Shown here one piece after another: positions 45,971 through 50,784 of a DNA stretch of 52,660 nt. The notes under the pieces were generated by a model that saw only the letters and a list, made by a program, of their open reading frames with translations, was not told where the DNA came from and did no database searches. This DNA comes from an uncultured Gammaproteobacteria bacterium (GTDB lineage: Bacteria; Patescibacteriota; Patescibacteriia; Magasanikbacterales; UBA922). The stretch covers positions 3,953-56,612 of the forward strand of contig CAYYQC010000001.1 in the NCBI GenBank assembly GCA_964473715.1. Direction: 5' to 3'. The position numbers and the translations under genes are program-made. Every line of letters begins with the position of its first letter. Position 1 is the stretch's first letter.

Positions 45971-46004
45971 CTCACTCTCCTCTTTATAATAAAGAAAGAG
46001 TGAG
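45971..46004 (-). terminator. 34-nt near-perfect inverted repeat downstream of the anti-sigma gene (possible operon terminator)
   Basis: The minus strand reads CTCACTCTTTCTTTATTATAAAGAGGAGAGTGAG: about 16 bp with one wobble pair and one bulge. An 8-bp hairpin GGCCATACAGTATACGGCC precedes it. Only a weak U-run follows. Confidence 0.45.
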
Positions 46005-46072
46005 GCCGTATACTGTATGGCCCGCACCAGACTAATTATAATCAGGTACGGATCAGACACTATACACTACAA

Positions 46073-47290
46073 TTACTTTTTCACGTCAACTTGAACCTGA
46101 TCAGTCTGCGCTTTGGTTTTTGTATCTACCAATGACTGTTGCGCAGAAGCTGCGTTTTGATTTAAATCTTTTAGATTTTTCAAAGCCTCTTCTAAATTAT
46201 TAGAATCAATATTTTTCTTAATCTCTACTGCAGAATTATTTACCACCAATGTTTTCGCATCAGCTTCTTTAATTAAGTCACTCGCAGTAGTTGTGGATGT
46301 AGATGACAAAGCTTTTTCCAAACTATCAGTTTTTTGATTAGTAGTTGGCAAAATTGTACTACGGGTAGTTGAAACAGAAAGATCAATAAGTTTAGTAGTA
46401 CTAGAAGAAAGCATTTGCATAGGCACCCCCAAAGTATTTTTTACATCATTTTTAATTGCTTCAGTAGATTGAACCAAGTCAACAACTTTTTCTGAAACAA
46501 TATTTTTGACATCATTTGGCTCGCCAGTTCGTACGACTGTTTCTACCGCTGAGATGCTTGTTTCATTAACTAATTTAATAGTTTCAATCACTTGCTTAGT
46601 TACTTCTACATTAGCCAGAGTAGAAGAAGCCACCGTTGAGTTTAATTCTTTAACCAAAACTGTTGTGTCTTTGGCCACACCTTTGGCAGTTTCTACAACT
46701 TCAACCGCATTTTCTTTTGTAGCAGAATCTTTAGCTTGAACATTTACATTTACAGAAACTTCTTTAACTGCATCTTGCACATCTTTTACAGCCACGCTCA
46801 AATCTTTTTCTGCTTTAGCCCGGTCATCAGGATCTGATTCTACTGCTAATTTTTGTGAGACAGTTTTTTTAATATCATCTACCCGGCTCTTGGCCAAGTT
46901 TAATTGTAATTGTACTTTTTCATTTTCCGTGGCACCAATACTTTTTACAGCCACTTCAGTTTTTTGAGCTACACGTTTAATGGCCCACAAACGGTCACCA
47001 GGCAGACTATTAAAGGAGGCACTCACACTAGCAATCCAACCACCAGTAGCCAACAAAGCCACAGTAAGAGCAGTTAAGGTAGGACGCAATAAACGAATAG
47101 TAGAGCTAGAACGTAAGTGATACCAAAGTGCGCGCGCAGTGTCCACCACCACAGGTTTTGCCACTGGCACAACAGTATTACTAATTTGTTGCACCATCCG
47201 AGCACGCTCTGAAACAACCCAAGCCTGGTCAGGATTAACCTGACTTTGAGAAAGCTTGATTGTTTTCAGTTGTTCCTTAAGGTGCTTCAT
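46073..47290 (-). CDS. membrane-anchored DUF5667-type protein, candidate anti-sigma factor
   Basis: 405 aa. Cytoplasmic N-terminus, one TM (LTALTVALLATGGWIASV), then SLPGDRLWAIKRVAQKTEVAV (the DUF5667-like P-G-D-x-L-x-x-x-K-R pattern) and a long low-complexity V/K/T/E-rich tail. It overlaps the upstream ECF sigma gene by 14 nt. Confidence 0.62.
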   Translation of the reverse strand: MKHLKEQLKTIKLSQSQVNPDQAWVVSERARMVQQISNTVVPVAKPVVVDTARALWYHLRSSSTIRLLRPTLTALTVALLATGGWIASVSASFNSLPGDRLWAIKRVAQKTEVAVKSIGATENEKVQLQLNLAKSRVDDIKKTVSQKLAVESDPDDRAKAEKDLSVAVKDVQDAVKEVSVNVNVQAKDSATKENAVEVVETAKGVAKDTTVLVKELNSTVASSTLANVEVTKQVIETIKLVNETSISAVETVVRTGEPNDVKNIVSEKVVDLVQSTEAIKNDVKNTLGVPMQMLSSSTTKLIDLSVSTTRSTILPTTNQKTDSLEKALSSTSTTTASDLIKEADAKTLVVNNSAVEIKKNIDSNNLEEALKNLKDLNQNAASAQQSLVDTKTKAQTDQVQVDVKK

Positions 47291-47846
47291 AATTACGCAT
47301 TGCTTTTTTTAAAATGTTGGTGGCTCTGTGTAATGTGACCCGAACATTTACTGGAGATTTTTTTATTATTTGTGCAATTTCTTTTATAGAAAGTTCTTCA
47401 ATATATCGTAGCAAGATAACTTCTTGATATTCTTGCTTCATTTGTCGTACTTGTTTTAGGAGCACTTTGGCACTTTCTGTAACCATGAGATTGGCCACCA
47501 TATTATCAACACCCGCAATCTCTTCCACATCTGGCGCAGCTTCTAGAGAAAACTCTGGTCGGTTGGCTTTGGCCCTGTACCAGTCTACCAAACTATTTCT
47601 AGCGATTTGATAAATGAGACCACTGAAACTTTTTATTTCTACATCTGTTTTTTCAGCCAAATACTGCCAGGTTTTCAGAAACACCTCACTGGTCAAGTCT
47701 TCAGACTCTTCTTTCCGATTTACCTTAAAAAATATGAACCGATAAATCCGACCCACGTACAAATCGTACAGACAAGCAAAAGCTTCAGGGTCGTGATTTT
47801 TAGTCACTTGGTAAACCAGTTTTTTTTCAGAGAGGCTGGTGGGCAT
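47277..47846 (-). CDS. ECF-type sigma-70 family RNA polymerase sigma factor
   Basis: Region 2 (IYRFIFFKVNRKEESEDLTSEVFLKTWQY) and region 4 HTH (ELSIKEIAQIIKKSPVNVRVTLHRATNILKK). Start ATG 47846 is preferred; the track start at 47891 would add 15 non-conserved residues. Confidence 0.86.
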   Translation of the reverse strand: MPTSLSEKKLVYQVTKNHDPEAFACLYDLYVGRIYRFIFFKVNRKEESEDLTSEVFLKTWQYLAEKTDVEIKSFSGLIYQIARNSLVDWYRAKANRPEFSLEAAPDVEEIAGVDNMVANLMVTESAKVLLKQVRQMKQEYQEVILLRYIEELSIKEIAQIIKKSPVNVRVTLHRATNILKKAMRNYEAP

Positions 47847-47853
47847 ACTAGAA

Positions 47854-47879
47854 GACGTCCTGAATAAAAAAGTGTTACA
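47854..47879 (-). promoter_or_regulatory. candidate ECF-type autoregulatory promoter TGTAAC-N16-CGTC
   Basis: The minus strand has TGTAAC (plus-strand 47874-47879), a 16-nt spacer, then CGTC (plus-strand 47854-47857), ending 7 nt before ATG 47846. This resembles the AAC-N16/17-CGT architecture of ECF promoters. Confidence 0.25.
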
Positions 47880-48118
47880 CCTGTGGAACACTTTTACATA
47901 TTTATGTTACCAACACTATACCTTATCTAAGCCAAAAAAACAACCTTCACGGCTCATAATCAAGTTATTTAGTGGTTTCAAGAAAAAGGATATAGTTACT
48001 CCATATGCGACCAGGTCCCATTTTTAGGACTTTGACAATAGTAATGAAGAGCCCAGATATGTATACACTAATATATACATTATAAATAAACCAATTTTCA
48101 GACTTTATTCCTTGCCCA

Positions 48119-48147
48119 TTGACAAAACCCTAAAAATTTGTTAATAT
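48119..48147 (+). promoter_or_regulatory. sigma70 promoter TTGACA-N17-TAATAT for the HTH gene
   Basis: TTGACA at 48119-48124, a 17-nt spacer, then TAATAT at 48142-48147. Confidence 0.55.
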
Positions 48148-48224
48148 ATGTCTATACAAAAATCAAAAAATTAATAACCGCCGCGTCTCAAAGGACGTTA
48201 CGCGGCACGATTTCGACAAATCGT

Positions 48225-48572
48225 ATGGAACAAAACCTCCAAAAAGAAATACAATCTATTGACCCAGCCAACTCTACACCAGCCAAAGAAGTAATTAGAG
48301 TATCAATCTCTGAAGCCGCTCGGCTCTTTGGGGTAAATCCTCAAACTATTCGCCGCGCTCTCAAAGACCAAGAAATCAATTATGTGGTCGTAGCTGGACG
48401 TTATAAGCTCAACTTTGAAAGTCTAGTTAAGTGGTCACAGCGCAAAACCACGGTTCGGAACAAATCCAACCAAAGTGGTATTGGACAATATGTGGATAAA
48501 TGGAAAATTAATAACACTTTATACTCCCCTAGCTCCAAACTTCTAAAGCCAGAGGAACCACCGCAAACATAA
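48225..48572 (+). CDS. helix-turn-helix (excisionase/MerR-like HTH_17) DNA-binding protein
   Basis: VSISEAARLFGVNPQTIRRALKDQEINYVVVAGRYKLNFESLVKW is a typical HTH_17 segment. The start was moved to ATG 48225, downstream of the promoter. A 7-bp hairpin ACGATTT-CGAC-AAATCGT abuts the start codon. Confidence 0.68.
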   Translation: MEQNLQKEIQSIDPANSTPAKEVIRVSISEAARLFGVNPQTIRRALKDQEINYVVVAGRYKLNFESLVKWSQRKTTVRNKSNQSGIGQYVDKWKINNTLYSPSSKLLKPEEPPQT

Positions 48573-48578
48573 ATTTAA

Positions 48579-48613
48579 AACTCTCCCCGACCAAATCGGG
48601 GAGAGTTTTTTGT
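48579..48613 (+). terminator. intrinsic terminator after the HTH gene
   Basis: ACTCTCCCCGA-CCAA-ATCGGGGAGAGT followed by TTTTTTG. Confidence 0.78.
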
Positions 48614-48638
48614 TAGCCTATGCTATACTTAAAAGGCT

Positions 48639-50468
48639 ATGAAATTTGTCTCTACACATCTTACTAAACATCATTTGTTACACGCTCCTCATCGCTGGTT
48701 TTTGGCTTTTTTGCTCTCACCTATTCACGCTCTAGAAGTACATTATCAACGCCGCTACCATCTTAAATTTTCTCATGCCCGCAAATTATTTATCTTTGAC
48801 ATGCTTCTTTTGATAAGCATTTTTGTCATTGGAGGAAGTGCAGCTTTTTGGTATACCTATGACCCTACTGTAACCAAAGACGTAGCCCTTGAAGTTTCTG
48901 CGGCCGCACTTGGGGACACCAATCGAGTAAAAAGTGGTGAACTCATTACTGTAAAAATCTCTTTTCAGAACAATAGTAATGTAGTACTAGAAGACCCAAT
49001 TATTAAAGTAAATATTCCCGCTGGTTTTCTTATTCGCAGCACTCCACCTAATTTTACCACTTCCACCCAATCAATTTCAGTTGAAAGCATGAAGCCACGT
49101 CAAGGCGGAGAGCTAATCTTTACAGGTCAATTTTTTGGTGAACCAGGCAAAAATTTTCCGGCCGTAGTAGAGCTTATTTATCGCCAAGAAAAAACCAATC
49201 GGTTTGAAGTTAAAACCGTGGGCATATTAGCTACCCCTGCGGATTCAGTTCTGGTAGTGAATGCTAATTTTCCTGCTACTATTTTTTCTTCAGGAAATTG
49301 GGAAGTGCCGGTCACTATTCAAAATACTGGCTCTGAATTAATCTCAGGAATTTCTATTCCTTTCCCGACTGTAAATGGTTTAAATTTTTCTTGGCTTGAA
49401 ACTGGGATTACCAAAAAACCTTTATTGATTTCTTTACTCAAACCAAATGAAACTACTACTGGTACCTTACGTTTTTCCAGTAAATTACCAAAAGATATTT
49501 CTGAAATTTCTGTTTCCTTAATTCCTCAAATTCAAATTAATAATCAGTATTTTAACCAAGCCGCATTTAATTCTAAAATTTCCGTACTCCACCCTGGTTT
49601 AAAAATTTCTTCTGAATGGAAACAATCAATTGTTCAGCCTGGCGAGAGTGTGCCATTACATATTAAAGTAGAAAATACTGGTAGTGTAGAACTTAATAAT
49701 CTTACCCTAGCCATTCCTTTACCAGCGAACTTAGTTAATGTACGTGAAACTGCCACAACCAATAAAGCCACACTTAAAGGATCAACCCTATATATTTCTG
49801 CCAAAGAATTTCCGGCTTTAAATTCTATTCCGCGTCAAGAAACTCGCGAACTACCATTAACTATTATAATTTCTAACCGTCCTAGCGGTAGTACTGAACT
49901 TAGTTTACCAATTAGTGCTTCAAGTAATATTGTTAATAATCCAGAAAAGTTTGAAACAAAATCTATTACTTCACCAATTAAACTAGGTACTTTTATTAGT
50001 TTAAATGCTGAGTCCCACTATTATTCTACTGAAGGTGACCAAATTGGTCGTGGACCATTGCCTCCAAAAGTTGGCAAAGAAACCAAATATTGGGCTTTAT
50101 TAATTCTGAACAATGGCACTGCTGAAGCTTCTAATGTGTCTGTTTCTGCTACTTTAGCCCCTGGAGTTACCTGGACTAGTAAATCTAGTGTGACACGTGG
50201 ACGCGAACCTGTTTACAATCCATCAACACGTACAATTACTTGGAATGTTTCATCTGTCCCTGCCAGTGAAACAGTTGGTATTGACTTTGAATTAAGTATT
50301 ACTCCTACTGAATCACAGCGGGGTTCCATCCCTGTTTTGCTTACAAATATTCGTGCTTCGGCTGTGGATAGTATTACTAATAAAAATCTCACTGCTTCAG
50401 CAGGATCTTTAAATGCTTCACTTGTTACAGACACAATTGGCAAAGCCAAAGGCGTGCGCGTGGAATAA
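48639..50468 (+). CDS. membrane-anchored protein with four CARDB/DUF11-like beta-sandwich repeats
   Basis: 609 aa. TM helix LLLISIFVIGGSAAFWY, then repeats with the pattern x-V-x-I-x-N-x-G-x-x-x-L-x-N-[VL]: ITVKISFQNNSNVVLEDPIIKVNIPAGF, VPVTIQNTGSELISGISIPFP, VPLHIKVENTGSVELNNLTLAIPLPANL and ALLILNNGTAEASNVSVSATLAPGV. Confidence 0.7.
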   Translation: MKFVSTHLTKHHLLHAPHRWFLAFLLSPIHALEVHYQRRYHLKFSHARKLFIFDMLLLISIFVIGGSAAFWYTYDPTVTKDVALEVSAAALGDTNRVKSGELITVKISFQNNSNVVLEDPIIKVNIPAGFLIRSTPPNFTTSTQSISVESMKPRQGGELIFTGQFFGEPGKNFPAVVELIYRQEKTNRFEVKTVGILATPADSVLVVNANFPATIFSSGNWEVPVTIQNTGSELISGISIPFPTVNGLNFSWLETGITKKPLLISLLKPNETTTGTLRFSSKLPKDISEISVSLIPQIQINNQYFNQAAFNSKISVLHPGLKISSEWKQSIVQPGESVPLHIKVENTGSVELNNLTLAIPLPANLVNVRETATTNKATLKGSTLYISAKEFPALNSIPRQETRELPLTIIISNRPSGSTELSLPISASSNIVNNPEKFETKSITSPIKLGTFISLNAESHYYSTEGDQIGRGPLPPKVGKETKYWALLILNNGTAEASNVSVSATLAPGVTWTSKSSVTRGREPVYNPSTRTITWNVSSVPASETVGIDFELSITPTESQRGSIPVLLTNIRASAVDSITNKNLTASAGSLNASLVTDTIGKAKGVRVE

Positions 50469-50494
50469 GTTTTCCTCTTCGGCGAGCATTATAA

Positions 50495-50524
50495 AAAATC
50501 TTCTATTAAAGAAGATTTTTTGCT
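50495..50524 (+). terminator. intrinsic terminator
   Basis: AAAATCTTC-TATTAAA-GAAGATTTT followed by TTTGC. Confidence 0.7.
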
Positions 50525-50536
50525 TTAAAATAAGGA

Positions 50537-50565
50537 TTGACTTTTTGCTTAATACCTGATATAGT
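50537..50565 (+). promoter_or_regulatory. sigma70 promoter TTGACT-N17-TATAGT, about 220 nt upstream of the GC-rich Cys-repeat gene
   Basis: TTGACT at 50537-50542, a 17-nt spacer, then TATAGT at 50560-50565. Confidence 0.5.
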
Positions 50566-50656
50566 GTTCTGTTTCTATATCTTGGGATTATTAGGTATAG
50601 TAAGCAATAGCTCTTTACAATTGAGGTGGTATTTTAGTTTACATCAAAGAAGGAGA

Positions 50657-50712
50657 CGAAACTGCTTCAGATTTTGGTTATATTTATGTAATTAAAATCT
50701 GGAGTAGTTTCG
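50657..50712 (+). ncRNA. 25-bp strand-specific RNA hairpin in the leader of the Cys-repeat gene
   Basis: CGAAACTGCTTCAGATTTTGGTTAT (50657-50681), loop ATTTAT, GTAATTAAAATCTGGAGTAGTTTCG (50688-50712). All five non-Watson-Crick positions are G-U pairs on the plus-strand RNA and would be A-C mismatches on the minus strand. Confidence 0.55.
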
Positions 50713-50784
50713 AAGTAATTACAATTCCGAGAAGTACATCTCTAGACCAATTACCGGACCACAGATGGTCCAAGGAGAATTCGC

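Noticed and set aside
48059-48080. ATGTATA-N8-TATACAT inverted repeat as an operator
   Set aside because: It is a short palindrome made almost entirely of A and T, in an AT-rich intergenic region, and could easily arise by chance. It is mentioned only as a low-confidence note.
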